Position numbers and translations under genes: made by a program | NCBI GenBank assembly: GCA_963793425.1 | Contig: CAWCAG010000005.1 | Location: 1,088,001 to 1,152,000 of the forward strand | DNA: 64,000 nt | Source of the DNA: an uncultured cyanobacterium | GTDB lineage: Bacteria; Cyanobacteriota; Cyanobacteriia; Cyanobacteriales; CAWCAG01 | Direction: 5' to 3' | Shown: piece after piece, positions 27,115-37,603 of the stretch | Position numbering within the stretch: position 1 is the first letter of the stretch | Layout of the letters: every line of letters starts with the position of its first letter | Notes under the pieces: generated by a model | What the model saw: only the letters and a program-made list of their open reading frames with translations | Told to the model about the DNA's origin: nothing | Databases searched by the model: none

Positions 27115-27720
27115 ATGAGTCAATCTAGCTTGGATAGAACTATCTCTTTATTCGGTTTAATTGTCGCCATCGCCGGACTTGCTGCTGTGGTAGCAACAGA
27201 TGAAGTCAGGTGTATTATGGGCTTAGAATTAGAATGTGAATCCCCTTTATTTTCTTCTCCACCAGCCTCTGTTGCCCCTTCCCAAACCAATACCAATACT
27301 TCTGTACCTGCCCCTACTCCCCAAGCAAAGCCCATTCCGGCGGTTGAACCTTCCCCTACTCCAGAAGCAAAACCTTCTCCTACTTCTATTCCAGAAGAAT
27401 CTCTACCCCTAACTCCTTCTCCTTCCCCTTATACTTTAGCTAAAAGCCAAGCCCAAAGCGCTGCCTCAATTTCTCAAACAGCTAAAACCCCCCAAGAGTG
27501 GCAAACAGCAGCTAATCAATGGCAAGAAGCTATAAATTTGCTGAAGTCTGTACCCAATTCTAGTCCTAATTACGAGGCTGCCCAAAGGGAAATTGGTGTT
27601 TACCAAGCAAGTTGGGAAAATGCCACAGCAAAGGCAAAAGTTAAGGTGAAGGAAGAGGAAATTCCCCTCAAAAAAGAAACAAAAACCCAAGAAACAGAAT
27701 CAGTGATCATTGATAATTGA
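27115..27720 (+). CDS. membrane-anchored Pro-rich hypothetical protein
   Basis: N-terminal hydrophobic helix, Pro/Ser/Thr linker, helical EWQTAANQWQEAINLLKSVP..SPNY domain. Confidence 0.7.
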   Translation: MSQSSLDRTISLFGLIVAIAGLAAVVATDEVRCIMGLELECESPLFSSPPASVAPSQTNTNTSVPAPTPQAKPIPAVEPSPTPEAKPSPTSIPEESLPLTPSPSPYTLAKSQAQSAASISQTAKTPQEWQTAANQWQEAINLLKSVPNSSPNYEAAQREIGVYQASWENATAKAKVKVKEEEIPLKKETKTQETESVIIDN

Positions 27721-27744
27721 TAATTGTACGGCTTGCCGTTGCCG

Positions 27745-29388
27745 TTAGGCATCATTGATTGTTGATGCAATTTTGATCCCGTATTCCTCTTCAAAAACCA
27801 CTTTTTTATCCTCCACACTCCATAACTCTGAACTACAATCATCTTCAGCATAAGTTGGGGTAATGCTTAAAAGTAGTTCTTTTTTCTTCGAGTTATATTC
27901 ACACTTTACTTGAGAAACAGCACCAATTTTACGCCGATCTAAAGCTGTGGCAAGACGCAACATAGGGCTTATTTGACTTACTATCAAGCGATATTTATCA
28001 TTGAGAAAATCGTTGTAGGGTTGATGCTTCTTTTTCGGCTTGCTTTTACGATAATAACGGGCTAAATTAGCGATCGCCTCCAATTCCATTTCGGTATAAC
28101 CTAAAAGTTCTCCGTTACGAATTAGGTAGTAAGAATGTTTATGATGGGAACTATGGCTAACATATAAGCCACAATTGTGTAACATTGCCGCTGCCCAAAG
28201 TAATTCCCTTTCTTCTTCTGTCCATTCGTGAAGTACATTTTGGGTTTGATCAAAAATACTTAAAGCTAAGTTTGCTACCCTTTCTGCATAGGAAAGATCC
28301 ACTTGATATTTACGGGCAATTTTAATCACACTACGTTCGCGTATTTCACTTTGGTAACGTAGACGATTCTCAATTAATTTGTGGGTTAACATCCAATCAA
28401 CAATCACCCCTTCCCGCAAAGCCCTTTCGCAAATACGAATAGATTTAACTTGCAGCATCTTCATTGCTTCTAAAAGAATCATTGCCCCCGGAACAATAAT
28501 TTCTGCCCGCTTTTCCTGCATTCCTGATACTTCTAGACGTTTTTTATAGTCTTTTTTAGCTAAATCTTCTACTAACTCTTCTAAATCTTTGCGGCTGAAA
28601 GTGTAACCATTAAGAGGATCGGGAGTGTAACCAAGTTTATCTTTAGCATGGATGGTTGCTAAGGCTTCAATGGTTCCGGAAGTTCCCACTAACTTCAGCT
28701 CCTCCCCCGCCAGATCAACATCAAGTAATTCAGTGATGGGGCGTTCTAACCTACCTTGGATATAAGCTTGTAAGTAAAGAAAATCTTGGTCTGTGAGGGG
28801 ATCATTTTTAACTAATTTTTGGCTTAAGCGTACCGCACCAATTTTAACACTAGTGAGAAAATTAGCTGCATGACCATCCCCAAGAATTAATTCTGTGGAA
28901 CCACCGCCAATGTCAATAATAGCATGGGGACGGTTATCAAACTCCATCCCCGATAAAACCCCTAAATAAATACGCCTTGCTTCTTCTTGTCCAGAAATAA
29001 GGTTAATAGCTAAACCCAATTTCTCCTTCACCTCATTAATAAAATCTTGCCCATTAGGGGCTTCTCTAACGGCACTAGTAGCCACGGCAATAACTTTTAT
29101 GGCTTGGAGGCTTTCAGCTAAATCTTGACAGCGTTTCAGGGTTGCTAAGGCTCTTTTAATGCCATCTGGGGTTAAATTACCAGTTTTCGGGTCACGGTTC
29201 CCTAATCTAACTGTATCCTTTTCTTTAGCAATAATTGTAAAAGCTGGCAAGGTCAAATCTACTTTAACCGCTACCATATGGATAGAATTTGTACCAATAT
29301 CAATGGCGGCGATAACACAGTTTTCTTGGGAAATAGACACAGGAATATTAGAATTATTAGCTTTCACTGAGAGAATAGAATTAACCAT
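27745..29388 (-). CDS. ppx: exopolyphosphatase Ppx/GppA
   Basis: AAIDIGTNSIH, ATSAVREA, DIGGGSTE, ALREG, HHKHSYYLI. Confidence 0.96.
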   Translation of the reverse strand: MVNSILSVKANNSNIPVSISQENCVIAAIDIGTNSIHMVAVKVDLTLPAFTIIAKEKDTVRLGNRDPKTGNLTPDGIKRALATLKRCQDLAESLQAIKVIAVATSAVREAPNGQDFINEVKEKLGLAINLISGQEEARRIYLGVLSGMEFDNRPHAIIDIGGGSTELILGDGHAANFLTSVKIGAVRLSQKLVKNDPLTDQDFLYLQAYIQGRLERPITELLDVDLAGEELKLVGTSGTIEALATIHAKDKLGYTPDPLNGYTFSRKDLEELVEDLAKKDYKKRLEVSGMQEKRAEIIVPGAMILLEAMKMLQVKSIRICERALREGVIVDWMLTHKLIENRLRYQSEIRERSVIKIARKYQVDLSYAERVANLALSIFDQTQNVLHEWTEEERELLWAAAMLHNCGLYVSHSSHHKHSYYLIRNGELLGYTEMELEAIANLARYYRKSKPKKKHQPYNDFLNDKYRLIVSQISPMLRLATALDRRKIGAVSQVKCEYNSKKKELLLSITPTYAEDDCSSELWSVEDKKVVFEEEYGIKIASTINDA

Positions 29389-29462
29389 CAGCTTTTTTTA
29401 ATATATACAAAACGACAAATACGAACCCAGATTTACTGATTGTAATTTACTGTCTAAAAATT

Positions 29463-30332
29463 ATGGAAACTCAATATCAACAAGAATCAATTTGGTTAAC
29501 CATCGTCCGTTTATTGCGCTGGGATAAACCCGCAGGAAGACTAATTTTGATGTTGCCTGCTTTGTGGGCTGTTTTCTTAGCGGCTGGGGGCAAACCTCCT
29601 TTAACTTTAGTAGGAGTGGTTATTTTAGGTAGTTTAGCTACAAGTGCAGCCGGTTGTACTGTTAACGATCTTTGGGATCGTGATATTGATCCTCAAGTAG
29701 AAAGAACAAAAACTCGTCCTCTCGCTTCTAAGGCTTTATCTGTCAAAGTGGGTATTGTGATTGCTTTAGTCGCTTTTGGTTGTGCGGCTATCTTAGCAAC
29801 CTATCTTAATCCTCTCAGTTTTTTGCTCTGTGTGATCGCAACTCCCATAATTATTTGTTATCCCCTGGCGAAACGTTTTTTCCCCATACCTCAATTGGTT
29901 TTATCCCTCGCCTGGGGTTTTGCTGTTTTAATTAGCTGGAGTGCCGTAACTCCTCAATTAACCACAGCAACTTGGTTACTTTGGGGGGCAACTGTTTTTT
30001 GGACATTAGGATTTGATACTGTTTACGCCATGGCAGATAAAGAAGATGATGCTAAATTAGGCATCAATTCTAGCGCCCTCTTTTTTGGTAAATATGCCCC
30101 TGAATCTGTCGGTATTTTCTTCGCTATTACCGCCAGTTTATTAGCGTATCTGGGTATAGTTATGAGCTTACAATTAAGCTTTTGGCTAGCTTTAATCGCC
30201 GCAACTATAGGTTGGACTTGGCAATATTTACAATTAAGCAAAGCAGAAACTCCTAGCCCTTTATACGGCAAAATTTTTCAACAAAATGTTTGGTTAGGCT
30301 TTATTTTATTAGCCGGAATGATTTTTGCTTAA
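29463..30332 (+). CDS. plqA: 4-hydroxybenzoate solanesyltransferase
   Basis: RWDKPAG, NDLWDRDIDPQVERTKTRPL, DTVYAMADKEDD (UbiA family). Confidence 0.93.
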   Translation: METQYQQESIWLTIVRLLRWDKPAGRLILMLPALWAVFLAAGGKPPLTLVGVVILGSLATSAAGCTVNDLWDRDIDPQVERTKTRPLASKALSVKVGIVIALVAFGCAAILATYLNPLSFLLCVIATPIIICYPLAKRFFPIPQLVLSLAWGFAVLISWSAVTPQLTTATWLLWGATVFWTLGFDTVYAMADKEDDAKLGINSSALFFGKYAPESVGIFFAITASLLAYLGIVMSLQLSFWLALIAATIGWTWQYLQLSKAETPSPLYGKIFQQNVWLGFILLAGMIFA

Positions 30333-30357
30333 CTTGTCACCCATTACTTATTACCTA

Positions 30358-30713
30358 ATGATTGCCCAGCTTCAAACTCAACCAATGAGTCCCCAAGAAT
30401 ATCTTAAATGGGAGGAACAACAACCCCTTAAATATGAATATATTAACGGGGAAATTTATGCCATGACAGGAGGGACTATCCCTCATAATGATATTGCTCT
30501 TAATTTAGCTTCCGCTTTGAAAAATCACTTACAAGGTAAAGGTTGTAAAGTACAAATAGCAGATGCTAAAGTTGGTATTTCAACTAGTGGCCCTTTTCAT
30601 TATCCTGATGTTATGGTGAGTTGCGATTCACAGGATAGAAAAGCGAGAAAAATCATTCACCATCCTTAATCTATGAAAATGTAGTTTTTCCTCAAGATGA
30701 TGATCCAGAATAA
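30358..30713 (+). pseudogene. Uma2 family endonuclease with internal deletion
   Basis: MSPQEYL..KYEYINGEIYAMTGGTIPHN..YPDVMVSCD stops at HHP*, immediately followed in another frame by C-terminal LIYENVVFPQDDDPE*. Confidence 0.8.
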
Positions 30714-30948
30714 AAAAATAGCTGAGGAAAGCAAAAATATGTTATAATTATTCTGTCAGATAAAATTCAATCTCAACCAGAAAAAAATATTTTGTTGGAG
30801 TGGGGCTGGGAGCTTTCTTTAAATAGGCAAAGAAGGTAAACATCTACCCTGAAAAGTTTTTACAAGATGCCTAACAACTCATTACTCATACCAAATCTGG
30901 TATCAATTGCTGTAACACCAAAAAATAAAGTGCGATCGCAACTAATTC

Positions 30949-31436
30949 ATGAAGACGATTATTGGCATTATGGGGCAGGAAAAAATGCCTTACCCATTGA
31001 CTTAGAAAATGCTTATCAACTAGGTAAATTAATAGCTAAACAAGGCTGGGTTTTGCTGACGGGCGGCAGGAAAGCTGGGGTAATGGAAGCGGCTAATCAG
31101 GGTGCAAAAGCTGCCGACGGATTGACTATTGGTATTCTTCCTGGCAATGATTATCAAGGTGTTTCTGAGGCTGTGGATATTGCCATTATTACTGATATGG
31201 GTAACGGGAGAAATAATATCAATGTCCTTTCTAGCCAGGTAGTAGTTGCTTGCGGCATGGGTGCAGGGACTGCTTCAGAAATTGCTTTAGCATTGAAAGC
31301 AAATAAACCCGTTATTTTGTTGCCTAATCAACCAGAAAGTTACCAGTTTTTCCAAAGTTTAAGTCAAGATAATCTTTACCTTGTTGAAGATGTGGAGAGT
31401 GCGATCGCTAAAATTAAAGCAATTACTGATTGGTGA
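30949..31436 (+). pseudogene. TIGR00725 / LOG-like Rossmann-fold protein, frameshifted near the 5' end
   Basis: ATG at 30949 gives MKTIIGIMG; a one-base shift in GGGG (30972-30975) enters the frame with LTGG..GVMEAA, RNNINVLSS, GAGTASEIALA. Confidence 0.75.
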
Positions 31437-31537
31437 GGAAGATTATCACTATTTCTTTAGCTAAGAAGCTAGTGAAGAGTAAAAACCTGTTTGAAGACCG
31501 CTTTTATGAACGCACCTTTTCCACCATATACATAATA

Positions 31538-32773
31538 TCATGTCAAGGGAAAAATAGGAATTAATTCATCAATTTCTGCCATTATCTTTTTGGTTTCAGT
31601 GAGGGCAATGACAATTTTTTGATAGTGTAGTACATCATCAAAAGATAATGAACGTTTGGCTTTTTGACGATCTTTAAGCCATTTATTCAAAACTTGATAA
31701 CCACCAATCTTAAATTCCCAAATTTCAGGGGGAATGTCTGCAAAGTAACGAGTTTTGTTAATGTAAACCTGTTGCTTTTCAGGGTTATAGGTAACTTTAG
31801 TAACCTCATCATCACCATCGCCGCCTACTTTGGTGATTAATTTGTTGAGCTTTTTCGATTTCATCAAGTGTAATTCTACTAATTCTTGACCTTTTTTACC
31901 TAAGTCTTTGAATAGTTGATCATTGCTCGTTAAAGGGAGGCGGGGAAAGTCAATTTTAAGGAATTCCGCATAACGTTGGCGATAAGTGGGGCTATGGAAG
32001 ATAGCGTAGATGTAGTAAAAGATGGCTTCTGGTGTGGGAATATAGCCAAGTTTGTTTTTGATGGCGGTGAGGAAGTTTGAGGAGAAGTTGGGAGTTTTTT
32101 CTACGAAAAGGTTGCCTTGTTGATTTTGGGTGTTGGGATAAAGGTAAAGAGGAAAAAAATAGCTTCTATCGTAAACAGCAGCTATTTTATGTTAACTACA
32201 GATTAAATCAGTAGCTAAGATAGCAAAAGGTTCCTTTGTTTGCCGAGTTGTAACCAAAGAAATGTTCTCTTGAGTCATATGTTGATTAACTTCAGATCGA
32301 GGTCTATCTACAAAATTGAAGTCATAGAATAGCCAGCGTGTATCGAAAGGACTGTATAAACATCTAATAACTAATTGTTTCCACTTCTTGTTAAGTCTCA
32401 GGATTTTTGCAGCATCATTGAAACACCAATTCTTAGTATCTTTTATGTTTAGAGTTCTTGCTATATGATCTATTTGTTCCAACTCATACTCGATTATTGT
32501 TTTAAACTTATTTATTAAAACGAATTTATCAAAATCTATTACTAAAAAGTTTCTAGCAGTATTCATGCAGCTAGAATTAACAGGCATAATATCAGTAATT
32601 TTCCAACCTGCCTCATACTCTGATTTGCATTCTTTATTCTGTGGAATAAACAGATAAAAAGGTGCTTCAGGGCTTAATTCTGCCCACTCAACTGTAGTCA
32701 CATCATGTTCTTGAAGATAGCGATATTTATCTTGCCTTGAACCCCAAACATGAGTGTGATAAATCTTTGCCAT
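31538..32773 (-). pseudogene. C-terminal specificity half of a type IIG/ISP-like R-M enzyme, one in-frame TAA at 32192-32194
   Basis: Single continuous frame: MAKIYHTHVWG...YSPFDTRW...LICS*HKI...FPLYLYP...YIYAIFHSPTYRQRYAEFLKIDFPRLP...FKIGGYQVLNKWLKDR. Confidence 0.85.
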
Positions 32774-32779
32774 AGTTGC

Positions 32780-33142
32780 TCAAAAAGGAAGGATACGAAC
32801 TCTTGATTGTGTTTCATTAATTGTAATCAAAGCACCTAATTCGAGGAAATTGCGAGTTTGATTAATTGCATCAATAACAATAGTTTCTAAATAATCGGGT
32901 AAAACATTTTGAGTGCGAACTTGAATTACACTAGGTCTAATCGCCTGGGTTGCTGCTAGTAATGCCCCAAAGTCCAAATCGTGGGTGAAAACAATATATT
33001 CGTGTGTACTTGCCCATTGCATAATCTCTCGATCTACTGCACCTGGATCGCCTACAGATGACCAATGAATAGCATCAATTTCATGTTTAGCAAATACATT
33101 TATCCAATCAGGTGAAAGGTTCATATCAATTAAAATCTTCAC
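32780..33142 (-). CDS. DUF5615 family PIN-like toxin (VapC45-like)
   Basis: MKILIDMNLSP...D.EI..WA...VFTHDLDFGALL. Confidence 0.9.
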   Translation of the reverse strand: MKILIDMNLSPDWINVFAKHEIDAIHWSSVGDPGAVDREIMQWASTHEYIVFTHDLDFGALLAATQAIRPSVIQVRTQNVLPDYLETIVIDAINQTRNFLELGALITINETQSRVRILPF

Positions 33143-33369
33143 GATGCACTTAAAGGGATCTCTATTTCCTCAACACGCCATGCAGCATAGGCTAAAGACT
33201 CTTTTAAGTCTTGAAGTTCTAAATAAGGATAAGCTTGTAAAATTTCCTCATGGGTTCGCCCAACAGCCATCAAACCCAAAATCATACCGACAGTAACTCT
33301 CATCCCTCGAATACAAGGTTTACCTCCCATCACTTCTGGATTAAATGTAATACGTGCAAGTTTTTTCAT
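33139..33369 (-). CDS. DUF433 antitoxin
   Basis: RITFNPEVMGGKPCIRGMRVTV...YPYLE..D..ESLAYAA; 4-nt overlap with the PIN gene. Confidence 0.93.
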   Translation of the reverse strand: MKKLARITFNPEVMGGKPCIRGMRVTVGMILGLMAVGRTHEEILQAYPYLELQDLKESLAYAAWRVEEIEIPLSAS

Positions 33370-33432
33370 TCTTCTTACTTCTGTAACTTTTCCATAGTTA
33401 GGGCATTTCTAAAAAGTTTACGCTTAAAGAAA

Positions 33433-33696
33433 TCAACCTTTCACTTTCTCCAAACATTCTTCAAAGTCATCCCCTGCCCATCCATCCATGTTCTCTAACA
33501 CCTCTAATAAGCTACTTGCGTTAGAAGGAGGCTGTTTAGTTTTTGTAGGCTGAGGATAACGAGACTTAAGAAAAACAAGGAAATCTAAAGTGATCGCTAA
33601 AATCTCTTCCGGGGCTTGGGCAATTTCTTGGCGTAACTGTTCTCGAATTGGTATTTCTGTAGATGTAAGTTTTGTTTCTAAATTTTGAGTTTCCAT
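33433..33696 (-). CDS. DUF2281-like antitoxin-type small protein
   Basis: REQLRQEIAQAPEEIL...LDFLVFLK...WAGDDFEECL. Confidence 0.7.
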   Translation of the reverse strand: METQNLETKLTSTEIPIREQLRQEIAQAPEEILAITLDFLVFLKSRYPQPTKTKQPPSNASSLLEVLENMDGWAGDDFEECLEKVKG

Positions 33697-33708
33697 AATA
33701 TTCCTGCC

Positions 33709-35559
33709 TCAATTAACAGACTTAGGGTATTTAACCATGATAGCGATCGCAACTCCTTGTTGAATATCAAAAACATTCTGATCAGAAGAGCCATCGGGAG
33801 AAACTTCTTTTTTCTTACTGTTGCCATGCAAATCTGTTAAATAAATCTCATCAAAAGTTTTCTCTAAACTCTGACGCATTCCCCGAAATGTAGGGTTATC
33901 TAAATAGCCATGATTAGTAATAAAAGCCAAAATACCGCAACCTGTGCGCTCAATGCGCCATTGCCCAAACCTGATAAATTTTACATAATCATCTTGCAAG
34001 CCTTTCGGATTTCTTTCCTTCAGTGGTTGACCGTCAACTTGATAGTAATCATTCACCAAACCCCTAATCCATTCCCCAGTATTCCCCGACTCATAGGAAT
34101 AAGGAGGATTGCCCAACACCACCATCACCGGGGCATCTCGCTTAATTTCCGAGGCTTCATTGGCTTCTTGCGCCACAAACTGCCCAAACAAAACCTCAGA
34201 CTTCTTCATCGCTTCATCTAGGGTATTGGTTAGATAAATACCTAACCTTTGTTTGTTCGTAAACTGGTAGCCCAATTCTTGTAATTGTAAACCTAATTTG
34301 AGGTGGGCGATCGCATAGGGAGCCATCAACAATTCAAAACCAAACAAGCGATTAAGCAAATGTTCCTGAACATAATTATCCCACTGATTCGTCATACCAA
34401 TCGCTTCTAAATTGCGGTAAATCTGTTTAACCACTTCATACAAAAAAGTACCTGTACCCGTTGCCGGATCAAGAATTTGTACCCTCGGCTTTTGCGTTAG
34501 GGGATCTTTGGCATTATCAGCCAACCCTAGGGGCAAATCGAAATATTCCTTAAGAATCCTATCTACAGAACGAACCATAAAAGACACCACAGGTTCTGGT
34601 GTATAATAAACCCCTCGACTCTTTCGTAGCTTAGCATTGTACGCAGCTAGGAAAGTTTCGTAGAAATGTACCACCGGATCTTCTTGACGAGTACGTTGCC
34701 CAAAGTTCGCCAAAATACTGCCCATATCAACCTGAGACAGCAATTGCACCAAATCATCAATTGCCCAATCAATCTGACTCACTGCATCGGTTTCGACGAT
34801 CGTATTAAACAATCGCTTCAAAAAAGGATTCGTAGCCGGAATATAAGTAGCTGCCGTGCGACGAGTAAAAGCTTCACCGCCGGGATTTTGAGCATGGCCT
34901 ACCCTTGCAGCAAACAGCCCATAAGAAATAGTCTGGGCATACATATCCGCAAAGTCAGCATCATTAAGATTTGGTAGCAACACTTCACTAAAACCCTGCT
35001 TAAGCTGCTGCAACTCTCCCTCTTTTCCTTCTAAACTAAGAACAGTTGCAGTAGCTAAGCGAATTACCTTTGTTAACCTCGCCATCTGTTCGGCCAAATC
35101 TTCAGGGCTATGGATAATTTCGCCCTTATAGTTAAGAAACTGTTCCAACAGGGCAGCAGTTTTTTCTGTATCTTTTACTTCTAGTTTGTTGCCCTCACGT
35201 TCCGCTACAATCTCCTTAAGTCTACGTTTACCGTTAACATACCAACGAAACTCTAAATAATTAGTCAAAATCAGATTAGGAAACGCTTCTCGATAACGTT
35301 TTAGTTGCTCAGTTTTTTCCACCTGATTCAAATCTAAACCGACATCTTTCGCCTCGACATAGCCAATCAACAAATCCCGTTGCGTAACAGTAAAGTCAGG
35401 AATCCCCGCCTTATTGCCCTTCTCCTCAATCACCCCATCAATTCCTTGAGAGGGATTATCAAGCAAATCTTTCAAAGCGGGATAATGACTGCGTTCACTC
35501 CCTTTTTTGAGGTTCTTTTGAATCGACTTGAGGTAAGCAGTAAAGGAGATAGAGGGCAT
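33709..35559 (-). CDS. N-terminal nuclease + N6-adenine methyltransferase half of a type IIG/ISP-like R-M enzyme
   Basis: PDF...GYVEAK (PD-(D/E)XK), GVYYTP, DPATGTG (motif I), GNPPY (motif IV); no helicase motifs. Confidence 0.88.
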   Translation of the reverse strand: MPSISFTAYLKSIQKNLKKGSERSHYPALKDLLDNPSQGIDGVIEEKGNKAGIPDFTVTQRDLLIGYVEAKDVGLDLNQVEKTEQLKRYREAFPNLILTNYLEFRWYVNGKRRLKEIVAEREGNKLEVKDTEKTAALLEQFLNYKGEIIHSPEDLAEQMARLTKVIRLATATVLSLEGKEGELQQLKQGFSEVLLPNLNDADFADMYAQTISYGLFAARVGHAQNPGGEAFTRRTAATYIPATNPFLKRLFNTIVETDAVSQIDWAIDDLVQLLSQVDMGSILANFGQRTRQEDPVVHFYETFLAAYNAKLRKSRGVYYTPEPVVSFMVRSVDRILKEYFDLPLGLADNAKDPLTQKPRVQILDPATGTGTFLYEVVKQIYRNLEAIGMTNQWDNYVQEHLLNRLFGFELLMAPYAIAHLKLGLQLQELGYQFTNKQRLGIYLTNTLDEAMKKSEVLFGQFVAQEANEASEIKRDAPVMVVLGNPPYSYESGNTGEWIRGLVNDYYQVDGQPLKERNPKGLQDDYVKFIRFGQWRIERTGCGILAFITNHGYLDNPTFRGMRQSLEKTFDEIYLTDLHGNSKKKEVSPDGSSDQNVFDIQQGVAIAIMVKYPKSVN

Positions 35560-35619
35560 GGAGTCAGTTTTCTCATTGAGTTACTATTTCTATTATCTGA
35601 TGCCAAAACCCCAAGAAGA

Positions 35620-37434
35620 TTAAGCCGGAATAGTTATTTTCTCTTCCCCCGCCAAAGTAAAAGCCCCATGAACCGCTTTTAAAGCGATCGCACCTTGTTC
35701 TTCATCGACAACACAGCTAATTTTAATTTCTGAGGTAGTAATCATTTGAATATTAATTTTATCCTTAGCCAAAGCTGCAAACATCTTTGCTGCCACCCCT
35801 GGTTGCCCCACCATACCAGAGCCAACAATACTCACTTTCGCAATCTTAGTATCTACCAAAATTTCTCCGCACTGAAGCTCCTTTGCTACTGCTTGTAGGG
35901 TTTTCTGAGCAGTTTGAGCATCTCCTTGGGCTACAGTACAAGCAATATCGCGACAAGCAACCCCATTAATGATTCGGCAGCGTTGGGATTGAATAATCAT
36001 ATCCACACTAATATTTTCCTTCGCTAACAAGCTAAACACCTTTGCTGCCATACCAGGTTGATCAGGGATATGTCGAATAGCAAGACGGGCTTGGTTAACA
36101 TCAAGGGCAACTCCCCTCACTGGTACTAGTTGCCCCTTTGCCTTCCTCGGTTGAGTTTGCCGAATTGCTGAACTATTAATTTCAAAAGCACGACACAAAG
36201 CTGTTGCAGCGCGATCGCTATCTTCCTGGTGGATAATACAGCTAACCTTAACCTCAGAAGTGGAGATCATTTCGATATTAACTCCAGCTTCTGCCAGTGC
36301 CGTAAACATCTTAGCTGCAATCCCAGGGCGGCCAATCATTCCTGCCCCAGAAATAGTAATCTTAGCAATACCTCGCTCTACCATCACCTCTGCTTCATTG
36401 TGGCTAGTACCCATTTGAGAGCGCAAAGCAGGGGCGATCGCTTCGGAGACAGCCTCTGCTTGATTGAGAACAGCGTTTACCACAGTGAAGGCAATATCAT
36501 TGCTATTCCCTTCATGGATCGATTGAATAATTAAATCCACATCAACATTTTGTTGGGAAATTTCTCCGAATAATTGAGCAGCAATACCGGGGCGATCTGG
36601 AACTCGCAACAGAGCAACTTTGGCTTGATCCGTATCCAATTCCACACCATCCACCGCTTTGGTGATTTCCAAACCTACCAAAGAACGAGGTTTGGGGCTA
36701 GGGGAAACCACCTTTGTTCCTGGTTCATCACTCCAGCTTGAAAGTACTAGGAGGGGAACACCATAATTACGGGCAATTTCCACCGCACGGGGATGCAACA
36801 CCTTAGCCCCTAAACTAGCTAACTCCAACATCTCATCACTAGTAATTTGCTCCAACAACCTTGCTGACGGTACAATGCGAGGGTCAGTGGTGAGGATGCC
36901 AGGGACATCGGTATAAATTTGGCAACAATCAGCTTTTAAGGAGGCTGCTAAGGCAACAGCAGTAGTATCAGAACCTCCTCTTCCCAAGGTGGTTATTTCC
37001 AATTCTTCTTTACTCGTTATACCCTGGAAACCAGCCACCACCAAGACTTTGCCTTCTCCTAAATGGCGCTGCATCCTTTGGGTATTGATCTCCAAAATCC
37101 GAGCGCGACTATAGGCAGCTTCTGTAACGATACCAACTTGAGCCCCAGTAAGAGAAATAGCAGGTTGTCCCAATTCTTGCAAAGCCATACTTAATAGGGC
37201 AATGGAAACCTGTTCCCCCGTAGAAAGGAGCATATCCATTTCCCGACGACTAGGATGACTAGAAATTTGTTGGGCTAAACCAACTAGAGTATTAGTGGTT
37301 TTTCCCATAGCAGAAACCACTACTACTACTGAATTACCACCTTGAATTGTTTTGCAGATCCGTTGAGCAACTGCTTGAATCCTTTCTACGGAACCAACGG
37401 AAGTACCACCGTATTTTTGGACGATTAGAGCCAT
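35620..37434 (-). CDS. lysC: aspartate kinase (cyanobacterial type with four ACT domains)
   Basis: QKYGGTSVGS, TLGRGGSDTTA, TSEVKVS and TSEIKIS ACT repeats. Confidence 0.97.
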   Translation of the reverse strand: MALIVQKYGGTSVGSVERIQAVAQRICKTIQGGNSVVVVVSAMGKTTNTLVGLAQQISSHPSRREMDMLLSTGEQVSIALLSMALQELGQPAISLTGAQVGIVTEAAYSRARILEINTQRMQRHLGEGKVLVVAGFQGITSKEELEITTLGRGGSDTTAVALAASLKADCCQIYTDVPGILTTDPRIVPSARLLEQITSDEMLELASLGAKVLHPRAVEIARNYGVPLLVLSSWSDEPGTKVVSPSPKPRSLVGLEITKAVDGVELDTDQAKVALLRVPDRPGIAAQLFGEISQQNVDVDLIIQSIHEGNSNDIAFTVVNAVLNQAEAVSEAIAPALRSQMGTSHNEAEVMVERGIAKITISGAGMIGRPGIAAKMFTALAEAGVNIEMISTSEVKVSCIIHQEDSDRAATALCRAFEINSSAIRQTQPRKAKGQLVPVRGVALDVNQARLAIRHIPDQPGMAAKVFSLLAKENISVDMIIQSQRCRIINGVACRDIACTVAQGDAQTAQKTLQAVAKELQCGEILVDTKIAKVSIVGSGMVGQPGVAAKMFAALAKDKINIQMITTSEIKISCVVDEEQGAIALKAVHGAFTLAGEEKITIPA

Positions 37435-37446
37435 GAACTTAAGAGT

Positions 37447-37478
37447 AAGTAATAAGTAATAAGTAATAAGTAATAAGT
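37447..37478. repeat. STRR heptamer (AAGTAAT)x4
   Basis: Tandem array about 12 nt upstream of the lysC start codon. Confidence 0.85.
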
Positions 37479-37603
37479 TTGATTTCTTGTTTTTCCCGGA
37501 AATTAACTAAACTTTTTAACTTAATTACTCGCATTCGTGATTTATTTAGATAGAATACTACAAATCAAGTTCATTAAGGATGAATTCCTAAATTCCCTTA
37601 ACT

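Noticed and set aside
30867..30948. Track N-terminus MPNNSLLIP... for the TIGR00725 gene
   Set aside because: Family-like start MKTIIGIMG is in another frame at 30949
32192..32194. Programmed stop-codon readthrough in the R-M gene
   Set aside because: Single TAA with no recoding signal; simple nonsense mutation is more likely given many nearby pseudogenes
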